Source: Myxococcota bacterium
Lineage (GTDB): Bacteria; Myxococcota_A; Polyangia; Nannocystales; Nannocystaceae
Assembly: GCA_039028615.1 (NCBI GenBank)
Contig: JBCCHT010000017.1
Location: forward strand, 1 to 64,000
Reading direction: 5' to 3'
Length of the DNA stretch: 64,000 nt
Both the position numbers and the translations under genes were made by a program. Of this stretch, positions 46,873-57,176 are shown piece after piece (positions within the stretch are counted from its first letter, which is position 1; every line of letters starts with the position of its first letter). The notes beneath the pieces were generated by a model, which saw only the letters and a list, made by a program, of their open reading frames with translations, was not told the DNA's origin and did not search any database.

Positions 46873-48066
46873 TCAGTTCCCGCCGGATGAGTCGCGGCCT
46901 CGCTCCAGGTTCATCCCGCGACTCTCGATACGCTGCCCTTCGCGCCGACGCTTCGACTCGTAGAGCCGCTGACCCCGGTCGGTCAGGCGCCCCACCGCCA
47001 CGACGTTCCCATCGGGCCGGGGTGGGACGGCGATGGACGGGTGCGATTCGGCCTGAGGGAGCGCCCCCGCGTTGTGCTGCGCAAACTCACGCCGCCATTG
47101 CTCCATGCTCTGGAAGCGGTTGCTGGGGTCGCTGCCGTCGAAGAGCACCGATCGGACGATGGCGTCGCGGTCGACGAAGATCGGATAGAGCTCGGCCGGA
47201 TCGTAGCCATCGCCGCGGTCGAAGAGGCCGCCGCAGATCGATCGCACCGAGCAGCGCTCGCAGCTCTTGGCGTAGCGATGGCCCCAGGCCGTCTGGCGGA
47301 CCGTCTGCTTGTCGTCGAGGAAGTGCACGATGCGCTCCTCGCATTTGACGATCTTGCGGGTTTCCGTGCTGGCCCAGGCGAAATCCGTCATGTAGCACAG
47401 CGGCACCTTCTCGACTCGGAAGGTACGCCCGCTCTTGTGCAGCATTCGCATGGCGCGGTGCAGCGACAGCTCGAAGTCGGCCAGCCGCGGCGTGAACATG
47501 TCTTGGTTGACCTCGGCCCGGCCCATCGAGGGATCGAGGTTGTTCCACACGAAGTGGCGGATCCCCGGGTGGTGCTCGATCCAGTGGGCGATGCCCTCGT
47601 GCAGGTGGCCGGCGTTGAGCTTGTTGATGACGCAGTTGATGTTGACTTCGACGCCGTTTTCCAGCGCGTTGCCGACTGCGGCATAGGCGGAGTCGAGCGT
47701 GCCCTCGGTGCCCCGCAGCACCGCCTCGACCTCGGGGCGGGTCGAGTAGACGGACACGTGCACCAGCTTCAGGCCCGCGTTCGCCATGTCGCGGGCGAAC
47801 TTCGGATCGGAGAGCCGCGATCCGTTGGTGATCATCCGAACGTGCAGCCCCTGATTGGACGCATACTCGGCGATCTTGGGCAGCTCGGGATGTAGCGTCG
47901 GCTCGCCGCCCGTCAGGATGACCCCGAAGTAGCCCCGCTCGACGAAGTCGTCGACCAGCACCCGCATGGAGTCGAAGTCATGCGTGTACGGGGACGTCGG
48001 GTTCGAGCAGAAACCACACAGGTGGTTACAGTGCCGAACCACCTGGATGTAGCCGATGTTGGCCAT
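46873..48066 (-). CDS. HxsC-like radical SAM protein
   Basis: CNHLCGFCSNP, LTGGEPTLHP, ITNG, VPLC, CERCSVRSICGG. Confidence 0.85.
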   Translation of the reverse strand: MANIGYIQVVRHCNHLCGFCSNPTSPYTHDFDSMRVLVDDFVERGYFGVILTGGEPTLHPELPKIAEYASNQGLHVRMITNGSRLSDPKFARDMANAGLKLVHVSVYSTRPEVEAVLRGTEGTLDSAYAAVGNALENGVEVNINCVINKLNAGHLHEGIAHWIEHHPGIRHFVWNNLDPSMGRAEVNQDMFTPRLADFELSLHRAMRMLHKSGRTFRVEKVPLCYMTDFAWASTETRKIVKCEERIVHFLDDKQTVRQTAWGHRYAKSCERCSVRSICGGLFDRGDGYDPAELYPIFVDRDAIVRSVLFDGSDPSNRFQSMEQWRREFAQHNAGALPQAESHPSIAVPPRPDGNVVAVGRLTDRGQRLYESKRRREGQRIESRGMNLERGRDSSGGN

Positions 48067-48141
48067 GGGAGCTGAAGGACGTGAAGCCGCCAGAGGCGGC
48101 TTCACGAGGTCGCGGCCGAGGCCGCCGGCCCTAGGTGGGCG

Positions 48142-49935
48142 CTAGATCCACTCCGCGATGATCGTGTACGGAGCGCACACGTCGGGCAGACCCGGGACGG
48201 GAAGGACCTCGACCCAGAAGCTGGGCGGCAGCGGGTGCGGTGCCGTGTAGTTGGCGTCGCCGCAGTTGCCGAAGTTGCCGTCGCCTTGGCCGTCGGTGTC
48301 GTCGCACGAATCGGACCACTCCCAGAGGGTGTTGAACCCAGGCCCGGGCAGGGTGGTGTCGTTCGTGTTGTCGGTCTGCGCCGCGCCGACCGGGCCGTCG
48401 TTGAACGGCACGGTGTAGTTCAGCGGATCTTCGCAGCCGCTCGGGATGATGTCCTCGAAGACGCGGAAGCGGACGTTGGTGTTGCCGATGTCGGCCGGGT
48501 TGCCCGGGTTCGCCGGATCGTCGATGTAGATCCGCAGCGTACCGCCGAGCTTGGAGCCGCTGCGGTCGACCGCATCGCTGGCGTCGAAGACCACCTCGAC
48601 GTAGTCGCGGGCGCCCGAGACACCGACCAAGCCGGTGGTGCTGTCCGAGCTGCCGAAGGCGATGGAACCGACGGCCGGGATCCGCTCCGCGCTGGCGCAG
48701 TCGTTGTTGCCCGGGTCGTCGTCGCAGTCGGGCTGACACGTGGAGGAGCAGCCGTCGTTGTCGTCGAGGTCTCCGTCGTCGCAGCCCTCGCCCGCGCTCA
48801 CGTTCTGGATGCCGTCACCACACTCGACGAGGGTGCAGTTGGAGTTACACGTGGGCGACTCGCCCGCGTCGTCACACTCCTCGCCGGCCGACACGTTGAC
48901 GATGCCGTCGCCGCAGGAGGTGAGCGTACAGTCGGCGTTGCAGGTGGCCGAGACGCCACCGTCGTCGCACTGCTCGCCCGCCAGCGTGTTGAGGACACCG
49001 TCGCCACAGACCGGGTCGGAGCAGTCGGCGTCACACGTCGCCGTCTGCATCGCGAAGTCGTCGCAGTCCTCGCCCGCGAGGCCGTTGGTGATGCCGTCGC
49101 CACACTCGGGAACGGTGCAGTCGGGATCGCAAGTCGCCGACTCGCCCGCGTCGTCGCAGTCCTCGCCCGCGGTGGCGTTGTGGACTCCGTCGCCACACTC
49201 GGCCGGAGTGCAGTCGATGTCGCAAGTCGAGGACTCGCCGTCATCGTCACAAATCTCGCCGACGGCACTGTTGACGTAGCCGTCGCCGCATTGGACGAAG
49301 GTACAGTCCGCATCACAGACGTCGGTGCGCATGCCGTCGTCGCACTGCTCGCCCGAGGTGATGTTGAGGACACTGTCGCCGCAGACGACGAAGGTACAGT
49401 CGATGTCGCAGTTGGCCGACTCGCCGCCTTCGTCACACTCCTCGGCCGCCGTCGGGTTGGTCAGGCCGTCGCCACACGCCGCGAGCGTACAGTCGTAGTC
49501 ACACGTCGCCGACTCGCCACCGTCGTCGCACTCCTCGCCTGCCGCCGTGTTCGTGACGCCGTCACCACAAAGCACGCTCGTACAGTCGGCGTTGCAGTTC
49601 GCCGTCTCGCCACCGTCGTCGCAGTCCTCACCCGGGTCGACGTTGCCGTCACCACAAAGAGGACCGCCTTCGCTCGAGCTGTCGGACGTGTCGTCGGCAC
49701 CGGTGTCGTCGGGATCGACGGAGGTCGTGCTGTCGCCGCTGGTTCCACCCATCGACATCGCACTCGTCTGCTCTTCCGTCGTGGCGACTTCACCACCCGT
49801 CGTGGTCTCTTCCATCGTGCCGGCAGTGGTTCCTCCTCCACCGCCGGCCGAGGTGTCGACTCCGTCGTCGCCGCACGCGAATATTCCTAGAGAGCCATAA
49901 ACTAAAAACGGCAAGACCCGATTGCGACGCGGCAT
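48142..49935 (-). CDS. Myxococcal Cys-rich repeat lipoprotein
   Basis: GIFAC lipobox; T/G linker; ten CGDG..N..AGE.CDD.GES..C..DCT units. Confidence 0.85.
   Translation of the reverse strand: MPRRNRVLPFLVYGSLGIFACGDDGVDTSAGGGGGTTAGTMEETTTGGEVATTEEQTSAMSMGGTSGDSTTSVDPDDTGADDTSDSSSEGGPLCGDGNVDPGEDCDDGGETANCNADCTSVLCGDGVTNTAAGEECDDGGESATCDYDCTLAACGDGLTNPTAAEECDEGGESANCDIDCTFVVCGDSVLNITSGEQCDDGMRTDVCDADCTFVQCGDGYVNSAVGEICDDDGESSTCDIDCTPAECGDGVHNATAGEDCDDAGESATCDPDCTVPECGDGITNGLAGEDCDDFAMQTATCDADCSDPVCGDGVLNTLAGEQCDDGGVSATCNADCTLTSCGDGIVNVSAGEECDDAGESPTCNSNCTLVECGDGIQNVSAGEGCDDGDLDDNDGCSSTCQPDCDDDPGNNDCASAERIPAVGSIAFGSSDSTTGLVGVSGARDYVEVVFDASDAVDRSGSKLGGTLRIYIDDPANPGNPADIGNTNVRFRVFEDIIPSGCEDPLNYTVPFNDGPVGAAQTDNTNDTTLPGPGFNTLWEWSDSCDDTDGQGDGNFGNCGDANYTAPHPLPPSFWVEVLPVPGLPDVCAPYTIIAEWI
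48727..49656 (-). repeat. Tandem coding repeat of about 93 nt (31 aa), 10 units
   Basis: Units counted from the translation. Confidence 0.8.
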
Positions 49936-50323
49936 GCCGCCAGTGTACCGCCCTCCGGCGGCACAGCTAAGCCGAAACTTCGGCAATGATCGGTGAAAGG
50001 TGGCGGCACCCCGTCGATGGCGCGATCGAGATCGTCCGAAATCGTCTGGCATGCCGCCCGCGGGATCTGCGTGGGGTCACGGGTCGAGTGGCGGACGAGC
50101 GGGCCCTCACCCCCAATCGGCCGGCTGCGATCGGCTGAACCCGCAGGAAATCCGTGACGGATGTGCGGAACTAGGCTCGCGCAACCCACGATGGTCGGGT
50201 CATCCCCTCGCGTCGGTCCTCGGGACGGCGAAGCGGCAGTCCGACGTGCGGGGTCGCGGGCGTCGTTCGAAAAACACCGCTCGGCGTTGACCGTCTCCCG
50301 CCCGAATCGCTAGCGTTCCGCCG

Positions 50324-51169
50324 TTGGCATCCCCGGGCTCGAAGCACGCGCGCTGGCCTGATGGCCTTCTATTCGCCAAGCGCCACGAGCGCTGGCGCGA
50401 GCAGACCTCCGAGGATCCGCGTCTGGCCGCGCTTCGTGCGCGAGACGGCTCCGACGATGACATCGTTTCGACGGTGGCGGCCGCTCGTTCGGCGGGGTTC
50501 GAGCAGATCGTGCTGCAGCACGACGATCCGTCGGACGAGGCTCCACGCGATTGGGCGGCGCTCCGCGACGCTGGCCTCACCGCGGTGAGCGTGCGAGTCG
50601 AGGGCGGCACCGCGGACCTGCACGACTTCATCGCGGCTCAAACTCCCGACCGCCCCGCGCCCGACTTGGTCACCCTCGAGGCGACGTGTCGGCAGATTCG
50701 ACAGCACGGCCTGGCGATCCACTTCCGCACTCGGGTCGCTCGATCGAACTTTCGATCCCTCGAAGGTGTGCTTCGCCGGGCGATGGCCTGGGACGCGAAG
50801 ACGTGGACGTTGGAGTATCTGCCACTGCGCAGCACCGAGCTCCCGCCCGAGGGCGTAGGCCACGCGCACCCTCGATTGGCCTTGAGCCTGCCCTGGGTTT
50901 TGCGTTCGGGTGCGCGAGCTGCGGCCCGGCGCGTCGTGTTTGCACTGCGCGGCGCTCCGCTGTGTTTGCTGGGTCCCTTGGCTCCCCACGCCGTGCTCGA
51001 ACAACCCGCCGGCTTCGGCCCGACCTGCGAATCCTGCCCGGCTCGCAACGGCTGTGTCGGTGCCGATCCGACGTACCTCGAGCGCTTCGGACTCGACGAA
51101 CTGCGACCGCGAGCAACCCCCACCACGCCGAGCGTCGGCTGGTGGTCGGTCGCTCCGATCCTTTATTAA
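50324..51169 (+). CDS. Degenerate HxsC-like radical SAM-fold protein lacking CxxxCxxC
   Basis: VSVRVEGG.ADLHD, RSN, APLC, CESCPARNGCVG retained; no CxxxCxxC; start uncertain. Confidence 0.6.
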   Translation: MASPGSKHARWPDGLLFAKRHERWREQTSEDPRLAALRARDGSDDDIVSTVAAARSAGFEQIVLQHDDPSDEAPRDWAALRDAGLTAVSVRVEGGTADLHDFIAAQTPDRPAPDLVTLEATCRQIRQHGLAIHFRTRVARSNFRSLEGVLRRAMAWDAKTWTLEYLPLRSTELPPEGVGHAHPRLALSLPWVLRSGARAAARRVVFALRGAPLCLLGPLAPHAVLEQPAGFGPTCESCPARNGCVGADPTYLERFGLDELRPRATPTTPSVGWWSVAPILY

Positions 51170-51178
51170 AATTCGTCC

Positions 51179-52660
51179 CTACTGGACGAAGTGATCGCGG
51201 GGACGGAAGGTCGTCCACCGATCGAAGATCTCGAGCACCTCGGGATCGTTGCTCGCGAGCTTCTCGAACAGGTAGTCCTGGATGCCCTTGTGCACCTGGC
51301 ACACGGCGTTGTCCGGCATCCGACCAAACACCGTTCCCTGGGTGTTGTAGTTGTACGCGCTGTTCGTGCCGCAGTACGGCTTATAGGCACAAGACGCGCA
51401 ATCGGGCTGGCCTTCGAGGTTGGTGGCCAGGGTCATCGCCCGCACCGTCTCACTTCCCACGAGATCTCGGTACTTGGTCTCGCCGACCCGACCGATCTCG
51501 AACAAGCCCTTGCCCATCTCGTAGAGCATGCGGCCCTCGTCGCAGGTGAACACGCGCCCGTCGTAGTTGTAGGCGAGCGCGCCGATCCCTGCCCCCGCCG
51601 GGCTGCGGCAGTCGAGATAGTTGGGGTCTACACCCCGCAAGATCTTCGTCAAGAAGATCGCGGCGTAGCGCTCGAGGATCTCCACGCCCTTCTTGTTCAG
51701 CTCGATCATGTAGTCGAGCGACTGGCGGTAGTACTCGACGTAGTCGCCGCGCGGGTACTCGATCTTCAGGCGGGTGCGCTCGGCGAAGCCGAAGGGATCG
51801 ACCGGCCGCAGGAAGATCGTCTTGAAGCCGAGGTCGATGTACGTGTCGATGACCTTCTTGGCCATGCCCAGCGTGGACTTGGTCGTCGTGAGCAGGGCCT
51901 CCACGTGATAGAGGCTCGAGTCGAGACCGCGGTCGATGTAGGCCTGGTTGATCTTGCGGATCCAGTGCACCGCCCGCTGGTGCGCATCCTGGGTGGGAAG
52001 CTTGCGCTGGGCGTTGTGCAGCGCCTCGGGCCCGTCGATGCTGGTGCAGATCTGCACCTTGTTCTCGAGCAGGTACTCGAACTTCTCGTCGTCCATCAGC
52101 GCGAGGTTGCTGACCATCGTGAACTCGAGCTGCTTGCCCGCCGTCTCGTTGCGCTTCCGGGCGTACTCGATGATGTGCTTGACGACGGGGAAGTTGACGA
52201 GCGGCTCACCGCCCTGGAACTCGATGGTGACCGAGGGGCTGGTGGACTCGAACACGAGGTCGACGGCGCGCTCGGCCGTCTCCGGCGTCATGTCGACGTT
52301 GGGCGTGTCGAGGTTGGCCCGCGACGCGTGGCAGTAGACGCAGGTCTCGTTGCACCGCAGCGTCACGATCATCAGGTGCAGGATGGGGCCCCGATGCACG
52401 AAGTAGTGGCGCTCGCGCATCTGGTCGATGGCCGCCGTGACGTCGTAGGTGGCCGCCAGGAAGTTCTTCTCGCTGAGCTTGGTCTCGAGCTCCGAGCCCT
52501 CGGGCACCGTGCCCTCGACGTAGTGCTTGAACTCCGCCGCTGACAGGATCAGCCAGTTCCCCTCGAAGTTGGTGATGAGGAAGTCGTCGCCGACCTTTCG
52601 ATAACGAAAGTAGGCCTGCGTCCCCGCCTTGGGCTCGGTTTGCGAAAGTCTCATGCTCAT
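51179..52660 (-). CDS. hxsB: His-Xaa-Ser system radical SAM maturase HxsB
   Basis: LHLMIVTLRCNETCVYCHAS, TIEFQGGEPLVNF, CTSIDGP, SPAGAGIGALAYNYDG.VFTCDEGRML, CASCAYKPYCG. Confidence 0.9.
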   Translation of the reverse strand: MSMRLSQTEPKAGTQAYFRYRKVGDDFLITNFEGNWLILSAAEFKHYVEGTVPEGSELETKLSEKNFLAATYDVTAAIDQMRERHYFVHRGPILHLMIVTLRCNETCVYCHASRANLDTPNVDMTPETAERAVDLVFESTSPSVTIEFQGGEPLVNFPVVKHIIEYARKRNETAGKQLEFTMVSNLALMDDEKFEYLLENKVQICTSIDGPEALHNAQRKLPTQDAHQRAVHWIRKINQAYIDRGLDSSLYHVEALLTTTKSTLGMAKKVIDTYIDLGFKTIFLRPVDPFGFAERTRLKIEYPRGDYVEYYRQSLDYMIELNKKGVEILERYAAIFLTKILRGVDPNYLDCRSPAGAGIGALAYNYDGRVFTCDEGRMLYEMGKGLFEIGRVGETKYRDLVGSETVRAMTLATNLEGQPDCASCAYKPYCGTNSAYNYNTQGTVFGRMPDNAVCQVHKGIQDYLFEKLASNDPEVLEIFDRWTTFRPRDHFVQ

Positions 52661-52671
52661 TGAATCCGGAC

Positions 52672-53199
52672 CTACTGCTGCTCGGCCTGCTCGGGGGAGG
52701 GTTCGTCCGACGGTTCTACGGCGGCGTCTTCGGGGACCTCGGTGGCGCTGTCGGGGGAGGGCTTGTCGTGGCGTTGCTCCCACGACATCGCGATGCCGAG
52801 CGGATCTTCGAGTGCCTCCTCGCTGATCCCGTCGTCGCCCGCGAGCTGCTCGGTGCTGCCGAGCGCTTGCGCCATGACGAACTCCATGGTGCCGATGTTC
52901 TGCGCCTCGACCTGCTGCACGAGCACCTCGCCCGCGACCATGTCCTCGAAGTCGTTGCCCAGCTGCTCCCAGGCGTCCTCATCAGCGACATCCCCGCGCG
53001 CGACGAGGGTGACCCGCATGGTGGATTCGCCCGCGGCTTCCACTGCCACGTAGCAACGGTCGATGAAGCGGTAGGCGGCGTGGAGAAGCGCGGGGACCGG
53101 CACTTGCCGCTCGTCGACTTCCCAGGAGATCGCCCCTTCGTGCCGGGTCGACTTCATCGCCGGCGACGGAGCTTCAGAGGTTGCTGCGGTCGTTGTCAT
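52672..53199 (-). CDS. hxsD: HxsD-like protein
   Basis: ALLHAAYRFIDRCYV...GNDFED...EDPLGIAMSWE; directly upstream of hxsB. Confidence 0.75.
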   Translation of the reverse strand: MTTTAATSEAPSPAMKSTRHEGAISWEVDERQVPVPALLHAAYRFIDRCYVAVEAAGESTMRVTLVARGDVADEDAWEQLGNDFEDMVAGEVLVQQVEAQNIGTMEFVMAQALGSTEQLAGDDGISEEALEDPLGIAMSWEQRHDKPSPDSATEVPEDAAVEPSDEPSPEQAEQQ

Positions 53200-53396
53200 A
53201 GCCCTCGCATTAGGCTTTTTACCGCAGGGTGGGGTACGGCGTCGCCCCGATGTCGGTGTTCTCGTCGGCGCGCGGCGGCCCACGTGGACACGAACGACGT
53301 CCGAGCGTGGCTGCCCTTTTCGCCGATCCGCGCATCCAACGCGATCCGACCCGGCCCTCCTGGAGGCGAAAGCGATTTCGCCATCCGATAGATCGT

Positions 53397-53426
53397 TTGA
53401 CCATCCCAGGAGCCGCCCCCTACAAT
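53397..53426 (+). promoter_or_regulatory. Putative sigma70-type promoter
   Basis: TTGACC-N18-TACAAT, 16 nt before ATG 53443. Confidence 0.5.
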
Positions 53427-53442
53427 CGTTACAGAGTTCGCC

Positions 53443-53988
53443 ATGGCCAATACGCTGCAAGAAAAACTGGGTCGACGTACGTTCCTCGCTTCTGGGGTGG
53501 CCGCCGTCGGAGCAGTGGCGGCGACGTCGACCGTAGCGAACGCGGCGACGCCCGAGGCCAAGGCCCTCGCTCGCACCAATGCCCGGCGCGGCGATGCTCG
53601 CTACGGCTTCGAAGATCCCGATCACGACGAGCTGCAGCTGCTCGGTCTCACCGCCGGCATGATGGTCGGGCCCTACACCATCGAGCGCGTGGCCATGCGC
53701 GAGGGTGCCGCCCGCATCGAGGCGAAGGGCCAGGGCACTCAGTTCCGCGTCGACGTCCTTCGTCGCAGCCGGTCGCCCAAGGCGCTGGCCGACGTCGGCG
53801 AGTTCAGCCTGTACCTGTGCAACCACGGCAGCGGGAACTACCGCACCGAGGAGGCGGCAGGCGTCGGCGTGCTCACCCTCGCCAAGTACCTCGAGACGGC
53901 CAAGCCCGAGGTGCCCGAAGCACTGATGACGTACGCCGATCGTCGCCTCATGCACCCGATCCGCCACACCGGCCTCGGCCGTCCGTAG
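53443..53988 (+). CDS. Tat-exported hypothetical protein
   Basis: LGRRTFLASG twin-arginine signal with ANA cleavage site. Confidence 0.75.
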   Translation: MANTLQEKLGRRTFLASGVAAVGAVAATSTVANAATPEAKALARTNARRGDARYGFEDPDHDELQLLGLTAGMMVGPYTIERVAMREGAARIEAKGQGTQFRVDVLRRSRSPKALADVGEFSLYLCNHGSGNYRTEEAAGVGVLTLAKYLETAKPEVPEALMTYADRRLMHPIRHTGLGRP

Positions 53989-54035
53989 GCCGTGAGCCTC
54001 GGGCACCCGCGAACGAACAAACGACCGAGTCAACG

Positions 54036-55952
54036 GTGAATGGGCCAGACCTCTCACCGGGTCTGACCACGCGTAGGCCCGTCGCACCCGATCCCTCGGC
54101 ACGCCCGACCAAGGCGCTGATCAAGGTCGGCTACGGCTGCAACGATCACTGTAGCTTCTGCCACACCCTCGACGTCCGCCACATCCAGGGCGAGGCGATC
54201 GAGGTGCATCGCAAGATCCGTCGGGCCAAGGCGCTCGGCCACTCGATGATCGTGCTGTCCGGGGGCGAGCCCACCATTCGCCCCGAGCTTCTGGCCTGGG
54301 CCAAGCACACCGCCGCGCTCGGGCTCGACTTCGGGTTGGTCACCAACGGCCGGATGCTGAGCTACCCCAAGCTCGTCGCCAAGCTGCTCAAGTATCGGCT
54401 GCGCTACGTCTATCTGTCGCTGCACGGGGGCACGGCCAAGATCCACAACTTGATGGTCCGCAGCCACGCCTTCGAGGAGACCTTCGGCGCCGTCGCTCAG
54501 CTGTCGGGCAAGGGCCTCGATTTTTCCGTCAACTGCGTGATCACCAAGCACAACGTCGAGCACCTCAAAGGGGTCGTCGACGCGCTGCTGCCCTACCCCG
54601 ACGTCCCGCTCAAGTTCTCGATGGTCGAGCCCAAGGGCGGCGGCAAGAGCCTCTTCGATCACATCATCCCGCGGGTCGAACACGTGGCCCAGCGCGTGCG
54701 CGAGGCCATCGCCTACGGCGAGTCGCTCACCGATGGCGATGGCACCGACGGCGTCCCGCCGCGGGGTCGCTGGCTCACGCACGGGGGCATTCCACTGTGC
54801 CTGATGCGAGGCTTCGAAGATCGCTACGACGATCTTCGCACCCACGGCTTCGACACGATGACGGAGATCGGCGAGCCCGACTTCTTCCCCGTCGACGACG
54901 ACAACAAGGTCCAGACCGACAAGTGTGCTCGCTGCTCGCTGTCGGGGGCGTGTCCGGGGCTCTACGTCGGCTACAACGCGCGCTTCGGCGACGACGAGCT
55001 GCGCCCGGTCATGGACCAGCCGCGCTCCAACTCGTTCAACTACACGCTCGAGGCCTCCGTCCCCGCGGCGGGGCCTCGGTGCAAGGTACTCGACTCCGGG
55101 CTCGCCCCCTGGGAGTACGGCCGGCACCTGTTCGTCAGGCGCGGCGACATCATCGAGCGCTATCGCAGCCGCACCCGTGACTTCTCCGATCGCGAAATCT
55201 CGGAGGTCAAGCACGAGCGCGGGCAGATCTACCTCGACGTCAGCACCAAGGCCGCGCCCGACGACTTCGCCAAAGACCTCGTCCAGCTGCAGCGCGCCTC
55301 GGTGTGCACCGACTGCCCCGAGTACCGCGACTGCACCGGCCTGTTCGAGCCCGTACGAGAGTCGGTATTCGAACGCGACGACGCCCGGGTTCGCGAACTC
55401 GTCGGCTCGCTCTCCGGCCGCGTGCTCGACGTGGGCTGCGGCGAAGGCCCGTACAGCGAGCTGCTCGCGCCGCTCACCCGAGCCGGCACCGTCGAGTACG
55501 TGGGCATCGATCCCCACGAGCAGCGGATCGCTCAGCTCGGCGAGCGCTGGCCGTGGGCCACCCTGCTGGCCACCACCGCCGAAGACCTCGCCGCCCGCGT
55601 GGCCACCGACGAACAGCTCGGGCGCTTCGATCACGTGCTCGTGTTGCGAAGCTGGAACCACATGCGCGAGCCCCAGGCGCTGCTGCGAGCGCTCGGCGGC
55701 CTGCTCGTCCCCGGCGGCACGCTCACCCTGGTGGACAACGAGGCCTTCGGGTTGGCCCGCTCGGAAGAGCAGACCGGCCACGCCGAGGCGGGCCCGGCCG
55801 AGTTCGAGCACTACCGCAACGACGGCGCCGAAGAAGCCGAGGCGATCGTCGCTCAGCTCGATCTGCCGCTCGAGCCGCTCGAGTCGCACGCCGTGCGCCC
55901 CGGACGGAGCAACCAGTGGCTGCTGCGCTACCGCTGGGCCCCGGCCGACTGA
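54036..55952 (+). CDS. HxsC-like radical SAM protein fused to class I methyltransferase
   Basis: CNDHCSFC, LSGGEPTIRP, GIPLC, CARCSLSGACPG, second CTDCPEYRDCTG, RVLDVGCGEG, YVGIDP, LVPGG. Confidence 0.85.
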   Translation: MNGPDLSPGLTTRRPVAPDPSARPTKALIKVGYGCNDHCSFCHTLDVRHIQGEAIEVHRKIRRAKALGHSMIVLSGGEPTIRPELLAWAKHTAALGLDFGLVTNGRMLSYPKLVAKLLKYRLRYVYLSLHGGTAKIHNLMVRSHAFEETFGAVAQLSGKGLDFSVNCVITKHNVEHLKGVVDALLPYPDVPLKFSMVEPKGGGKSLFDHIIPRVEHVAQRVREAIAYGESLTDGDGTDGVPPRGRWLTHGGIPLCLMRGFEDRYDDLRTHGFDTMTEIGEPDFFPVDDDNKVQTDKCARCSLSGACPGLYVGYNARFGDDELRPVMDQPRSNSFNYTLEASVPAAGPRCKVLDSGLAPWEYGRHLFVRRGDIIERYRSRTRDFSDREISEVKHERGQIYLDVSTKAAPDDFAKDLVQLQRASVCTDCPEYRDCTGLFEPVRESVFERDDARVRELVGSLSGRVLDVGCGEGPYSELLAPLTRAGTVEYVGIDPHEQRIAQLGERWPWATLLATTAEDLAARVATDEQLGRFDHVLVLRSWNHMREPQALLRALGGLLVPGGTLTLVDNEAFGLARSEEQTGHAEAGPAEFEHYRNDGAEEAEAIVAQLDLPLEPLESHAVRPGRSNQWLLRYRWAPAD

Positions 55953-55961
55953 GTCGACTCG

Positions 55962-57176
55962 CTAGCCGAGATCGGTCGCGGCCGTGCCCGCGTCGTAGTA
56001 GCGCTCCATGAAGTGCGCATCGAGCCGGGCGAGCTCGTCGACCAGCCCGCGCCCCACCGTCGTGGGTTGGGCCGCCTCGACGACCGTCGTCACCGCCTCG
56101 TGATTCGACGCCACGATCTGGGCCAGCCGCCGCCGAAAGTCGGGACGCGACGACCACGGGTGCTTCGCTTCGATCAGCCGCTCGTAGAGCTTCGCCACGG
56201 GCAAGAAGGCATGCGCCGCCAACAACACCCCGTGCAGCGGACGCGGGTCGGGCCGCACGGGCGAGCTGTGCATCGAGGTGAACGCGTTGAGCAAGACCCG
56301 ATCGATCTCGAACAGCGCGTTGAGCTTGTTGTGGGAAAACTCGTGGATCAGCGCTTCGGCCATCACCATCGCGTTGGGATGGAGGCTGAGATAGACGGTG
56401 CCGATCGCCTCGGCGTACGACGCCGACAAGTGCTGGTGGTCATCGAACCCGACCGGGACCACCCGCTGGATGTACAGCTGCATCTCCGCGAAGAGCGTCG
56501 GCATCCGGGCTTCGATGATCCCCAGCGCCTCGTCGAGGGTCTGGACCCAGTCGTCCGCGGAGCGATCTCCCAGCGACAACGCGTTGCCGAATTTGTCGGG
56601 GTGAGCCTCGAGCTCGGCGATGGGGTTGTTGTCCTCGAGGGCCAGGGTCAGCCCGCCGTGCAGCGCATGGGCCGTGGACTCGAGCTGGGCATCGGTACCG
56701 GCAGAAACTGCGTCCCTCACGCTCGTGCACACCGGGCGACCATCGGCATCCAGCCCCAGCAACTTCGGCCCTTCGAAGCGCAGAACCCGGACCTCCGCCG
56801 GGCAGGACCAGGTCGCGCGGCGGGGCAGCGTCACGATGCGTCGAGCAAAATCCTGCAGCTCGATCGGCCGATCCAGCACACCCAAGGCCCACAGCTCGAA
56901 GACCACGAGGGTCAGGTACTCCGCCGCCACGGCGAAATCTCGACGATGGCCCCGCGAAATGCAGCGGGCCAGGGTCGAAACATGGGTCCAACGAAAGACG
57001 CTGGCCAGCGCACCCGGGTTCGCTCGGGCCAGCTGCCGAAGCAGCCGTGCGAGCTCTGCCCACTGCTTGATGAACCGGGCCGGGGCCCCGGGGGGAGGCG
57101 GCAGCGAAGGAGCGGCCCGCAGCAGCGCCCCGAGACTCGCCGACAGCACACCGCGCGCCGTTCGAGACTCCGCCAT
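55962..57176 (-). CDS. HExxH-motif peptide-modification protein (aKG-HExxH type)
   Basis: SAS...IGTVYL, EALIHEFSHNKL, SPVRPDPRPLHGVLLAAHAF. Confidence 0.85.
   Translation of the reverse strand: MAESRTARGVLSASLGALLRAAPSLPPPPGAPARFIKQWAELARLLRQLARANPGALASVFRWTHVSTLARCISRGHRRDFAVAAEYLTLVVFELWALGVLDRPIELQDFARRIVTLPRRATWSCPAEVRVLRFEGPKLLGLDADGRPVCTSVRDAVSAGTDAQLESTAHALHGGLTLALEDNNPIAELEAHPDKFGNALSLGDRSADDWVQTLDEALGIIEARMPTLFAEMQLYIQRVVPVGFDDHQHLSASYAEAIGTVYLSLHPNAMVMAEALIHEFSHNKLNALFEIDRVLLNAFTSMHSSPVRPDPRPLHGVLLAAHAFLPVAKLYERLIEAKHPWSSRPDFRRRLAQIVASNHEAVTTVVEAAQPTTVGRGLVDELARLDAHFMERYYDAGTAATDLG

Noticed and set aside
50000..50324. Frameshifted N-terminus restoring CxxxCxxC to 50324..51169
   Set aside because: No such Cys triad seen in the upstream + strand sequence
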